A stretch of DNA of 64,000 bases from the NCBI RefSeq assembly GCF_001949145.1, contig NW_019091356.1, forward strand, positions 2,364,932-2,428,931, written 5' to 3'. Of the stretch, positions 11,651-39,291 are shown piece after piece (the first letter of the stretch is position 1; each line of letters opens with the position of its first letter). The translations under genes and the position numbers were made by a program. Source of the DNA: Acanthaster planci (taxonomy: Eukaryota). The notes below the pieces were generated by a model that searched no databases, was not told where the DNA came from, and saw nothing but the letters and a program-made list of their open reading frames with translations.

Positions 11651-14600
11651 ATGCATAAGTCCAAAACGGGCCACAGTCGTCGTCACCGCTCAGACGGTTT
11701 GTTCTGCAACTACGCCCACCGCATCTGTATGCAGGACCGTCTGGACGGCTATGAGTACTGCCTTAACCACATCTTAGAGGACAAGAATGCTCCGTACAAG
11801 CACTGCACATTTGTCTCCAACAAGGGGGGTCGACGGTGCCTGCAGCCTGCCCACAAAGCCGACAAACGCGATGGGTAAGATTGCTGCTTCCATCAGACAA
11901 ATGGAAATGCTACATCATAGTTTGACATCAGCCAAATGCTTATGAAAAAAGTGCTTCAACCCGAACACTCCTCAGTCCTCCAACAGGTGAAGGATTGAGG
12001 AGTGTTAGGGTTAACCGGTCAGTCCATGAATTTTTTTGAGTCAAGTGTTCACATTATCCTGTAAAGTCCACTTGGAGACTTGGGGGATTTTTAATACATG
12101 TGTTGAGGAAGAGGGCGACCAGAAATTATTTCCCAACAAGAAGTTTAAAATCAGCGGCAAGTACAAAGAATGTGCCGTCGGGTTCTTGCAGCTTCAATTC
12201 AGCGGGAGTAGTAAAGGTTAATCTTTATGAAATGAAAGTAAATTGATGAAAAATAAATTGGGGTGATCAACGTGTTTTGACATGTTTGTAAGGAAGAAGC
12301 AGAGAGAGAAATTGGGCAGAAAGTTCCAGCATCCAGTGCCTTCTGACCATGTGCCCAAATATGTTGCTAAATTTGAACTGCGTTGAGATGGTTTGCTATG
12401 AATTAAAATAAACTTTGGCTGTAGGGTTTCGGCAGCTTAGGAAAAAAGAAGTCCAGAATTATGGCTAGAATAGGAAACTCAAGGTTAAAAAGAGCACTTT
12501 GTTATTGAGGCGTGAATCTTGTAGTCCAGGAGTGGCCCAGGTGTCGTAAATTCCATTATCCCTAACCATATTAAACCCAGTGATGTTCAAGAGTGGTCAC
12601 TACCTGTGGGATTTTGTTGATGTGGGCAGTGAACAAAAGGCCTTTTGGCTTCTGTCAGGGGTGGTTACTAGGCTTCATGCTATTTTTGTGTTTTGATTCT
12701 GTTGGGTTGTGCAGGGTATGTAGAGAAAATCTGAAGGGAGGTCAGTGAGGCTGCACGTTCAGATGTTTTTACTCAAAGTAAAAACATAAGTTGACCGATG
12801 TGACCCATTTCAGGTACTGCCGGGAACATGCCCAAAAGGTGGCTGTGCTGAGACACAAGGCCGGCCTGAAGCCGTTCCCGCGCAACTCGCCCCGCGAGAT
12901 CTTGGACAGTTTGGACCGTTACCAGCAGGAGCCGGGCAAGATGACACCTGACGCCCTAGCAGAAGCCCAACCGTCAGTGGCCGCCAAAATCCTAGGTGCG
13001 AGTGAAACCTGTTTATGTAAATGCCCCCGTGTAAGATGAAAAAGAACCTGCATTTTTTAACTTTGATCCAGTTTTCGGGGTTATGGTCAGTTCTGTCATT
13101 AGTGATCGTCATGGTTGTCCTATTTTGTGGACCTAGATTGCGCCAGCGAGAGCGAAAGCGACGAGGACCCCTTGCAGGTTGATCAGGCATGGCGAGGAAC
13201 CACCGACAGTGATGCCGAGAGTGTAGACAGCGAACAGGAGGATCTCCTCAAGTAAGTTGATACCATCGCACCCTTTCCAATTACCTCTCGGTTCCATTCA
13301 ACAGTAAGTGACCCACAGAGTCCCTTAACCCTAAATTCTCACTGTGTTAAAGCATCTTTACACTGAGGTTGAGTAGAGGCAGTGGGACTGTGTTTTCAGC
13401 TAAACTGTGTACAGTCAAACCTCGTTAATAAGAGGACCTTCAGACTCAGCAAATTACCGTTGATGTAACCGGAACCTTGTATTAGCAGGAATGAAAATAA
13501 TGAAAAACAAAAGATAGTGACCTAAAAATTTCCTTGTGTATAAGCAGAATCTTGTATCGACAGTGCTCTTAATATAAACAAGGTTTGACTGTATTTAGAC
13601 CGGAGCGCTACTGAGAAGGCACTAACCGTACCAAAGCACTGAACATCAACCCACTCCAACAACGACATCAGTAATCTACAGTCATTAACCCTTGCTCTGT
13701 TGAGGGGAGGGGGTTAGTGTGGAGCAGATATGCCGCCATCCTCCTAGCATAGACCTTTGCAAGATACTGGACCTCCTCAGGAAAGATGACAAATGGAACG
13801 AATAGGAGGTTGCTGTTTGCATTTCAAAGGATTGGTTTGGCATGCCTGGGAGCGAGTTGCTGGCCTCCACTGTAGCACAGTTTCCACGACAAAGCAGGGG
13901 GCAGTTGTAGAAAGTGAAAAGAGCAAGGATTGAAAGAACCCCTTTAAAAAAAATATGTGCTTTTGCCAACTCCACTCCGCAAAGCAAGACCGCATCTGTG
14001 ACTTTTTTCTCCATGTTTTCTCTTGGCACGCTCTGCAGACATGCAGGAGTGTACACCCCTGAGGAGGTGGCGCTCATCACCCGCGAGAAGCTGATCCGTC
14101 TCCAGTCCCTCTACATCAACCAGTTCAAGCGGCTCCAGCACCTGATGAAGGAGAAACGACGGCATTACCTGCTGGCGCTCAAGCAGGAGAAGGAAACCAT
14201 CGGTGGGTCGCCTCCTCCCCCTCTCTTCTCCCCCACCCCACCTCCCTCCCCCCTAATCTACCCCCTCTCCCCATGATTCCACCCCACTGTTCAAAGTATT
14301 TTGGGGAATTCATAGCGCGCCCGTGTACAAATGGCAAAATGCAAGATGGACTGAGAGCTAGTCTACTTTCAGGTTGGTTCCCGTTGCATGGACGCGTAAT
14401 CGCTATGGATGTGAGGTATATACACCAACTAATGAATAATGAAAAAACCTCATGGTTTTCAAAATTGTCCGGATGGAAATCCAGGATGTTCATTCTCATG
14501 GCCTAACAATTGGCGTGCAAGTACAGCTTATATGATTGCCTCGTGGTTGGAGAGTGCACGTACAAGAAGACATCCCCTGTTGGGAAGTCCCATTGCGTGA

Positions 14601-17600
14601 GGGAAATCTTTGGTCTTTATTCTGGAAGCTTTCATCAAAGTGATCAGCAGTGTCCACTGCTGTCAAATATTGCTTCTTCAGCTCCTTGTGTGGGGCCCTG
14701 TCATTGCTAGTGCTTGATACTGACTCTGAGGGAAATCCTTGCCTCTTTCTCTCTCCAGGTATGAGCCTGGGCAGCTTCGCCAGCCCCAAGGAGAAGCGTA
14801 AGGTTCTGCGCCTCAAGTCCATGCAGTCCTACCATCGCCGGCACGGTCGGGAGGCCCTGCTGCACAAACGGTCCAAGCATCGGCGTATCAAGGCTACTCC
14901 CGGTTATTCCGGGTCCCAGAAGGTCAGCCTGCCGGCCCGCTGCAAGCACACCAGGGAGAACAAGCCGTGCGAGAGGCCCGCACTGCCCATCACAGGGTTC
15001 TGCCTGGATCGTATCCTTTCCGAGTACGTAGGTCACGGGAAGCCCTGAGAAAGTTGCGTTGAAGTGTGCAAAACATATCGAGAGGCATTTTTCCTGACAT
15101 TTTCCAGCTTCATATAGCCCAGGGATTTTGGCATGAGGGGTGTCTGTGTCTGTCCCGTGTGCATGTTTTTGGACAACCTACAGACCGTATTGGACATCCA
15201 GTTTTGTCTATACAAAAATGATTGTTAAAAACTTAAGAATCTGACTTCTACAATATCCTGTTTTTCACTTTAAGGCAAATTTATATAACCAATTTTGATG
15301 CGTTGGGTATAACTCCGGGTTGGTCCTGGATATTCTCTCAGCAAGAAGTAGTTCTAGAACCACATTGTTGTGCAGGTATGTTCCTATGGAGTACCAAAGT
15401 GAATACGTTAATGAGAACCAGCGTGTGAACCAACACACTTGTGTACTCCCATTTGTTTGCACTGCACACAAAATGGCATCACAACTGAATACTGTACAGC
15501 CTTGGACAACCCTTTTGCTCAGCCAAAAAACCCCCCAATTTAATCCCCCTTTCGGTAACCCTCGCTTAAGCTTCCAAGCATTGCACAGAATCGTGGTAGT
15601 GACTTCTGCTGAAAAGTGTCAACCTTGACAGTCATCTGACAGACGTGTTGGAGGACAGCCACCAGGTCTTGTACACGCCTTGCACCAAGGGTCGCGTGGC
15701 CTGTACCTATCCGGCCGATCCCTTATCCCTCGAGGGCACCTGTCTGCTGCACACGCCTGTCGCGCCCGAGTGCTTCCGATCGGCCAACCAGCAACTGGAA
15801 GAGGAATCCGAACAGGTGAGTGTTGGGAGCATTCCAAAATTAATTGATTTCCTGGATATCACAGAGTCTTTTGAGTTTCTGCGGTATTTTCTATAGGCCA
15901 AACAGAATTTGAAAAGAGGAACACGGAAAGATTTGTGCTTGCATGTGTGAGACCCAGAGAGGATGTTATAACAACACAACCATCTGTAAAGAAAAGCTGT
16001 TTTAAGTCAGGCGTGCAACTTTTCCTCGGATCAGCTGATTTCCTCGTTTTTCACGTCACATTCATGCCGCTGAAAATTGATAAATACTGTACAAAGTCTT
16101 GTAAAGATTGGAATTTCCTCGTTTTTTTGTCAAACTCAAGTTGCATGCCAGTTAAGTCACGACTTTTTCTCTACAAAGACTTTGAATCAATATGCAGCAA
16201 ACCACGCGTTCACTATTAAATCTAGTATTTCAAGAGTCGCCAAGAATTGGTGGTTTTTTTCCTGAATTTCTATCGTTTCTTGGGGTTGGAATTTCAATAG
16301 GAAAAAAATGCATCAGCGGCCATGGCTGATCATGACTACTTGCAGAGGCCGTCGGAGGCCACAGATGCCAGCGACCACGATGTTGACATCCTGGGCTTAT
16401 CAGGCGAACAGATGTACATGCTGGGGACCGTCTCAGACGAGCCAGACATTCTGTCTGGTCAGTTGCCGCCGACAAGCTTAGCAGAGAACCCAAAGGTGAG
16501 CAGAGCAGTGGCGTACGCTGGTCACAAGTCATACAGTCGCGAGTCAAACTTGCAAGTTATTGGGATGGACCATCACAGAGACCTTAAAAGTTTTTCCCAT
16601 TTGATCCTGTTATTTTGTGACCAGACCTGGAACTTCAGTTTGACATCAGAAGATGTTCACTCCTTAGGGCTAGATGCTTCAAAAGCACGAGTAGAGTTTA
16701 TTTGTTGGAGTCCACCAGCTGACTTAAGTATGTTTCAAATGCGCATTGTGACACCTCGTTTCAAGGATGGCTCTTTGTGCATTGTTGAACAAATCGGAGG
16801 GGTTGGAGTAAAATGAGCAAGGATTTATTTTTCAATGGAAGGGAAATACAGTAAACCTTGGATAAGTCCAATTTGTTTAAGCCAGATTTTTGCTTACCTT
16901 GGTTAAAATCACTTGGAACATTTGATTTCTTATGTTCTTAAATAAAATTCCTCACCTAAGTCGGATCGCGAAAGTCAGATTTTTGCTTGTCTTGAACAAA
17001 TCCACCTGGAACATTTGTTAAAATACCGTAATTTTTTTTAACTAGTCAGATTAACCAAAAACAATTTTGTACATTTATTCATTCCAGTAAACACAGGGAT
17101 TTGGGGAATTTTGGGGTATTTTCCTGTCCAGATCAATCATTTAAGCACCAGCTCCACTGGGTTTTCACAGCAGCGATATCTGCAATACCATGTCACATGG
17201 GCCGCATGTGTACACATCCGCTGTTCAGTAGAAGCCTATAACCTTGTCTCGAGCTCCGTCTGTTGCTCCACGCCCATTGCCCTACTGCATAATGAACTTC
17301 ATTTCCGGCTGGAAAAAAGGCCATGTGCCCACATGATCACAGACTGCGGTTTTTTATTGGATAAAGGTAGCTGGGCCAAGTACATGGACTACGGAAATAC
17401 ATGTACATGTGCCTTGTGATGGTCAGCGCCCGAGGTACGAACTCGCGTGGCACAATTAGTGAAACACACTTTGATTTTCTGTTGTACGGTGCACTGTGTA
17501 GTGTGAAAATAACTGATGCTTGATGTTAGAAACATCGCGGTATCACTTTATTTCATGCTTTGTTGGCTGTGGTCGTTATATTGCTGGCAATCAGTGACTG

Positions 17601-17886
17601 TGTAATGCATATCGTCTTCATTGGTCGCTCCATTGGATCCAACTTATCCAAGGTTTTCTGTACACGCAAGTGCTGGGCTATTGTAGGCGTCCTCACACAC
17701 AGAATATTCTTTCTCCAACGGCTGAAGAACGTGGCTAAGTTGTTAGTGTGTGGTTGTTCACTGTGGGGATGTGTATCAGTGCGCTTTAATGAGCATATTG
17801 GCAAATTTGGAATCCTACATGGACACATTGGTATGTTCTCTTTTCAGGAACCAGAACGGACTGCAGTTTCACAGGCTGGAACATGA
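11651..17886 (+). CDS. KANSL2: KAT8 regulatory NSL complex subunit 2 (two C3H-type zinc-finger-like domains)
   Basis: Exons 11651-11874 ([17 protein letters not shown]), 12814-12995, 13137-13251 ([16 protein letters not shown]), 14039-14202 ([41 protein letters not shown]), 14759-15010, 15643-15815, 16301-16495, 17848-17886 (TGA). Phases are consistent. The last two exons are less certain. Confidence 0.92.
11956..12014. mobile_element. 59-bp TTAA-flanked palindromic mini-element, copy 3
   Basis: Same core; left flank degenerate (TCAA). Confidence 0.8.
13410..13593. mobile_element. Tc1/mariner/pogo-type MITE, second copy without the nested insert
   Basis: TA|CAGTCAAACCTCG ... AAGGTTTGACTG|TA. 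Colinear with 787-1012 in reverse orientation. Confidence 0.75.
15011..15642 (+). other. U12-type GT-AG intron in KANSL2
   Basis: Donor GTATCCTTT at 15011. Branch site CCTTGAC at 15623-15629. No polypyrimidine tract. Acceptor AG at 15641-15642. Splicing restores the zinc-finger His (FCLDHVLED). Confidence 0.9.
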
Positions 17887-19276
17887 CGAACGTAGCCATC
17901 CAAGACCGTATCAAGGGTGTGCATTTCTGTGCTCCACAAAGTTGGCGTGGCGTTTACATTTTTTTTTTGGTCGCCAAAGTCCTCATTTTCAGACATCCTC
18001 AAGAGCTGTTACTCTTGTAGGCAGTTTCAGGCTAGGATTTGGAAACAGCTGTCTATGTGTGCGGACGTTGGAATAAAAGGGATTTGAAGTTTGTTTTATA
18101 GTTAATTATTTTGTCACAGCTGTCGGGTCCTTTGTTTGAATAATGTGTCTCAATTATGACATACGTTTTATATTCACAACCAATACTACACATTGTGTCC
18201 ATTATTAATGCCGATATCAAAATGTATTCAAGCAAAACTTAAAAACGCTGTCCTTTTCATCAACATGCACGTGTGGTCCACGTTAACGGTGGGACTTCAT
18301 AATTTCTCCCAGACTGGGAGGTGTTTTTGTATGGGAGTTCACGAAAACATTCTTGCCACCCAAGTTTTTTTGTTTGGGTTTTACTGATTTATAATTGGTC
18401 AGAGATGCAGTCCAAATTTGATGGGGCTTATGAAAATGGGCCATTTGGCCACTTGATAAACCTCATTTTGAAGCACACTTATTAATTAAAGGCCATGTAA
18501 TTTTGGTGTTCTTGAAGGGGCATACATACGTAATAAATCAACAGCGAAAACCATTAATCATTTGTTCGATTTTAATCGCTTCGGACATCGTATTATGGTT
18601 AACACAAATTGCATAAAAGGGAGAAAAAAATGGCCGATCGGCACAAGGTACCAAAAGACACATGTCAGAATTGAAGCATTTCAAATACTTGAATTTAAAG
18701 CCTACGAATAAACTTAAGAGTTACTTCTTGCAAAACAAGTCTATGAAAATAAGGCACTTGGCAATGGAAGCACTGATCAATTTTGGACTTACGGGTGGAA
18801 ATATTTATCAAATGTTCTTGGCCTGCAAATTTTTCAACTCTAGCTACACAGTTCTATCAAAAGGTACTAAAAACGAGTACTGGAGCAAGGCATTTCAATT
18901 CTTGGATGCGTGGCACTAGGCTCAGAGTGGGGGAACAGAAAAGTCCTCACCAACTGACAATTTGAAAGTTTGAACTTACTCAAAGTAAGTACCTAAAAAC
19001 CAGATTCCCTCAGATGCTCTCCGCTCAAAATGCCACATTCCACCTCAGGATTAGATGAAGCTTAACTACAGCATGTGGGTGATTCATTTTTTTCAGCGAG
19101 GTTCTGCATCATTTCATGTTAAGCTTGGTGCTGGGTCTGTCCAGAACTCTAGAATGATGCTTTTCCAAGTTATTCATTTCTTTAACACACCAACTCTCAT
19201 AATTGGCCTTACTTCAGCACAATACAATGTGACAATATAACTATTGGAATGTGAAGTGCTTTTCAGCATGAAGTTT

Positions 19277-19293
19277 TTTATTAAAAAAATAAA
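19277..19293. terminator. Adjacent opposite-strand AATAAA hexamers between convergent KANSL2 and V0a copy A
   Basis: TTTATT (19277-19282) and AATAAA (19288-19293). KANSL2 also has a nearer AATAAA at 18072-18077. Confidence 0.35.
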
Positions 19294-20079
19294 TCAACGC
19301 AACGTGTTCATTATATCAAAATGTATCATGCGATGCACTTCGTAATGTGTACTGCATGATCCCTGTCATATGATCCAAATTTTCAATCACGATCTGAATG
19401 AAATTGAAATGGTGTGAACTTCACATAAAAATGTGACCCACTCTGTGAAAAGGCATCTTAAGTTGGCAGAACCACTGTTTGAGTTTTCATTTGTATTGGG
19501 AAGCGCAAGTTGAGTGTTTTGTTTTGATGTATCGCTCAGTTTGGCATCCTGATGAAAGTGGTTACTCCATGGTGACAAATGCTGTGGGTTCCTAATGATT
19601 TACACACTGCAAAATCATTCTAAAGGATTTTTACTCCAAAGTGGCTCTGGCGACTCGAGACTCTTTTTTCACAGAGTGGGTCACATATTTTTAGACTCTA
19701 TAAGCCATCATACACATGATACTCACGCAAGTGAAACAATTTCACGAGATAATTTTCCAAGCACAGACGACTTACAGAAGAAAACAAATATCGAACAGCA
19801 GAGCTGTTCTAAGACCTACAGAATTCTAGTACTGAGCATTTTAATTTGGCTCAATATGCACGGTCAAGTCCCTAAATTACACTGATGGATAATATTCAAT
19901 CATGATAAGACCAACTTCTAAGAAGTCATCTCTGGTATCTAGTCGTGTGCACAGAATCATGTGTGAATCGTAGAATCCTTGTTTGTCGTTTGTATAAATT
20001 TATATATTAAGATGGTAATAGATGAATATTTTCATTTGAAATTGGTCCTTGATCTGTAAAATCCAAGTATGAGGACGAT

Positions 20080-34949
<14,870 letters not shown>

Positions 34950-36236
34950 CTTGACACCTCTGAAGATCAACGTTGAGAGTACAGGCATTAGGATCATGAC
35001 AATAAATAAGGAACTTTTCCCGAGTAGTTAACATGATTTCTGACCGAACAAACTTGAAAAGCTAGCCAAGGGCTGATGGGGAAGGGGGGGTTCTTTTTGT
35101 TCCTTGGACTCTCCCCCTCTCACCGGGCCAAAAAACAACGTTTGTTGAAACAAAATGATGACAAAGTAGGGGGAGGGGGGTTATTTCCTTTACTTCCTTC
35201 CAACACCATTTATTAAAAACCAAATTGTAGAATCAACTCTCAGAAAGGCCGAAAAACACTACAAAATTTCCCAAATGTCTGGCTCCCAAAACACATTGCC
35301 CACCCTGAATGGTTTAAAGGGGCTTATCCTTACAGCTACCTCTTATAACCGACAAGAGAAAAACAGTGTTTCTGAAACAGAAACTTTGTTTTTTTCTAAT
35401 ATGAAAATTATGCAGGAAATTTTGCATGATAAAACAAGGAAGAGAGCTGGATTTAGGTTTAACTGTTGTTGCTTAAATACTATAATTTCCCACGAGAACA
35501 AACTTTCAATCGCACGTAGACGTGGAATTGTTAGAAACTTTCTAAAGCAACAGAAAATCAGAAAAGCACTTCATCAAGTTTGAACTTATGGAATAAGCAA
35601 AACTCAGTCAGTCCACTGGTCAAGGAATCAAACCAGGATCATTATAATAGCAAATCCACTGATCAAGAAATTTAAAAAAAAAATTAGCCTCCCAAACAAA
35701 TTGCGGGCAGGCAGAGCACATCAACTGAAGCTTTAACTCGGTGGTGTATTCATTTCTCTTCAATAAGTTGATCTGACACATTTCTGGAATCAGAAATGTA
35801 TCCAAATATTTGTGCACTTGTATGAATTTCAGTAGAGAACACTGTCACCCTGAACATGCTGACTTGTATTTTTTTTTCATAATTAGGACTACTCTAGTCT
35901 CCAACTTAAGTATTAAAATTCAGGCCAAATTCTCACACGTCTCAAGACATCTGAAAATCTGCAAAACTCAAGGTACCTGAAGTCATGACTTTTCATAGGC
36001 AGTGGTGTTACTCAAACCGTGGAGGAAGGAATGCTTAAACAGCAAACTTACGACGACAAAATGAAATTTTTCAACTAACGTTAGGCCTAGGCCAACAAAA
36101 GTGCAATTTAAAAAATATTTTCATGAATAATATAGGCCTAAGCCTACGCCCAATTTCTTGTAGGCCCTATTTCCATTAAGATTCAAGCAAAGAGTCTGAA
36201 ACAGGTACTGAGGTAGGCCTAATAGTAATCATGATT

Positions 36237-36581
36237 GTTATGCCCCAACTATAGCATCAGTCCCAACTATAGTTGGGCTGTCCCAACTAGAGTGCCACAA
36301 TTGGGCCGGCCTAACTACAGCAATGTCTGTCTGCATGATGTGCCCAGCATGTGCACATCACGTCATATCGTTTACAAATGTCATGTCATCAGTCATAGGG
36401 CTAAATGAACAGATGAGGTACCACATTTTAGATGAATTTTGTCAAGTTTGAGACACATTGACTTGGATAATGTTGAGACATTTCCCACAGACGTGAGTCA
36501 ACAAAAGTTGGGCCAGCCCAACTGCAGCACTATACTATAGCTGGGACTTATGCTACAATACATGTATAGTTGGGGCGTAAC
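36237..36581. mobile_element. MITE with GTTA-GCCCCAACTATA termini
   Basis: GTTATGCCCCAACTATA ... TATAGTTGGGGCGTAAC with internal CCCAACTA repeats. Flanked by a 6-bp direct repeat ATGATT. Confidence 0.7.
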
Positions 36582-36851
36582 ATGATTAATCGAGAGTGAG
36601 TCTCCATTAAACTCGGCTTCACAGTTGTGACAGCCAAACCGCGTCCACCTATCCGGAAAAAATAGCGACCGCGACCGAGAATTTTTGAGTTCATGAGTTT
36701 AGGCCTTCAGTTAGGCCATGGTTAGGCCATCATAAATCGCTACTTATTTATTACACTATCGTACTGATGACAGGACGTGCAAAGATCCTGTTTCCTAAAG
36801 TTCCATTCGGAATGAGTCACAAACACCAAAATTAGTTTAGAAACCCCTCAC

Positions 36852-38588
36852 CTCCTGAACAAAGCGTTGAAAATGTCTTCAATAGTCCAGAAGTGTTTTT
36901 TTTTTCACGTTTTCCTGTTTTAAACCATTTCAGTGCGAGTCCGGCATTCCTGTCCCAAACTGCGTATTAAGCACTGAGTCATATTACAACTTTGAATCGA
37001 TTTTTACCAAGTAGTTGATGTAACAGAGAAGCAAATCGACTATCAAAATTAGAGTGGATCTGCCCTCTGATGGGCGTGCGCTGTTCCCATTCAGAAAGCA
37101 TTTTGAATAACTAAAGAAGCCACCAAAACTAATGAAGTATCCCCTCTCAGTCCAAACTTTGATACTCTCAGAACCTTTAAAAAATGGAAAGAAATCTAGC
37201 ATCGGCCTACAGAGAATGGGACTGTACAAGTTTACACAAGAATTAGGCCCTAGTTTGAATTGTCAGAAGAGTTATTTTGTTCTGTTCTGTAATTTTGTTA
37301 CCGGTGAGCAAAATGGTAGTCATGACAACAAAAGTTTCAGTCGCTTTAGTCGTTCCCTCTAATTTAAAATGCCATTAAGCCTTCATGAATAATTTATGAT
37401 GAATGTTGCAAAGTGGAGCCTGGGAGATCCGCAACGATCAGATGGGGAGATCCTCTTTTGAACGTGCCTGAAATTTCAGATAAAAGTATGACGAAGGACT
37501 TTTGAAAGTACAATTCATTAACCCCCCCAAAAAATCAGTTTTTAAAGGTTTTGCCGCTAGTGGGCGGGGCCATTGTATAAGAATTAGCTCCTCCTACAGT
37601 GCCTCCCCCCTTATTGTAGTTTTCCTTTTTTACTGAGCTAGAAAGGCAATGATAGATCTGGCTGTGGTGTAAAGGTGGATGAGGGAAAATGTAGAACAAA
37701 GAGCCAAGAGGTACTGATACACATTGATTTTAACTTAAAGATTGAAGGGTTAATTTACGATCTTTTATTGCGGCGTTGTTTCACACTTGTTTGTTTTGTC
37801 GTGTTCTTCATTTGTGTGTCCTATGTTTTGTATGGTTGTGTATGGTTGTCGTTTGTCTATAGGTTGGGGCACAAAAGTGGTCCTGCTTGACCTTCAACCT
37901 AATGTAATATTACTCAATTTAATGGCCAGATATATTCAGTACTTAAGTAATGTGAACATGTTTGGTTACATTGTAAAGACTGACAGCATTGAAATAAATG
38001 TTTCATCATCTAATGAGCAAGAGGCGTTGGGCGGCACTGTTGCTGCCTTCCATTTTTGATTTGATTTATTCACCATTTCCACAAGTATTATTACAAAAAA
38101 ATAAATTAAAGAAAAGCAAACTCAAAAATTCCCGAAAGTGGAAATGGGGATAACGCCAAAAAAGTTAAATGAACTTATTTCCATTTTAATGCTCAATAGC
38201 TGACCCCCTCCCCATCGACGCCTCTTGCCTCACCCACCTAGAAATTGGTGAAGGACAAAAGAGCATTGTATTGCGTAATATGCACATGATGCCCCATGTC
38301 TCCCCACCACCCCATGCAACTCGATTTGGACCTCTGCCACCATACCACCAGGGAGATTTTCATCACTGTTGTCACCAACTGCACTCTTCAAATGCATTGG
38401 GGGCAGGTCGTTTTCACGTGATGCGTATGACGGCCGAACTAGTATCTTGCCGTATTTCTGCCTAATCAGTACAATCGCCGTTTTTGGAGACCAGGCTGTC
38501 ATATGATGTCTGAGCAATGACGTAATGTAATTTATTCTGGTGATAATGAATCGATTGTAGAAAATTTTCAGCCGGCTCCTTTGCTAAG
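36852..38588. promoter_or_regulatory. Divergent promoter region between the two V0a genes, bounded by inferred non-coding first exons
   Basis: Minus-strand donor GAG|GTGAGG at 36852/36851 and plus-strand donor AAG|GTAGGT at 38588/38589. Contains TCACGTGA (38414-38421), TGAGTCA (36975-36981) and a GC box near 37562. Confidence 0.5.
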
Positions 38589-39291
38589 GTAGGTGGGTAG
38601 GACTATATTTACCGTGTGAAATCCAGCGGTTTCCTGCAAATAATGATGCTTTCAAGGTTTACTCCATCATGAATTCATTTGCGACTGAGGAAGCCAGTGT
38701 CTATTTACTTACGTTAAAGAAGATCGTTTTCAAATGTATTTTTGCTAAAAAATATGTCAGCATTTGGACTATCATGACGTTCCTCCATACAGCGGCGCCT
38801 CACTAGCACTCCGATGTCCACTGACAATGACTAGACTTAGCCCTTGGCTGTGCACTGAACTGGCATGACCTACCTTTTTAAAACTAATGTTTATTCCATT
38901 ACCTAATCAACAAAAATTAAGAGAATATTGCATGCTGACGCATTTTGTCGTCCTACATAATTAGATAATCTCATTGAAGGTAATTTAGGATTGTAAAAAA
39001 TCATGTTGAAGTGGAAAGTTCCCCTTTTGTTTTCGATAACTTGCTGAATGCTGTTTTTGTTTTGTTTTGTTTTGTTTGTTTTTTTAATCTGTTTTTGGAA
39101 AGAGTTCCATATACAAACGCCAGTAATGATTCCATGCAGTGGCCTGTTAGCCATCAGAAAGCAAAAACATGTCAAGAAAAGTTCAATTTAGAAGGGAAAA
39201 TACCAAGTGTTTTTCTCAGAAAACACTTAAAATTTTTCGGACTAGTCTCATAGGGTTTGTGCGTGGGGTGTCAAGTGGCATCCATATATGG

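Noticed and set aside
11875..17847. Intronic snoRNAs in KANSL2 (the human gene is recalled to host SNORA2-family RNAs)
   Set aside because: No recognisable H/ACA or C/D structure by eye. An Infernal/Rfam search is needed.
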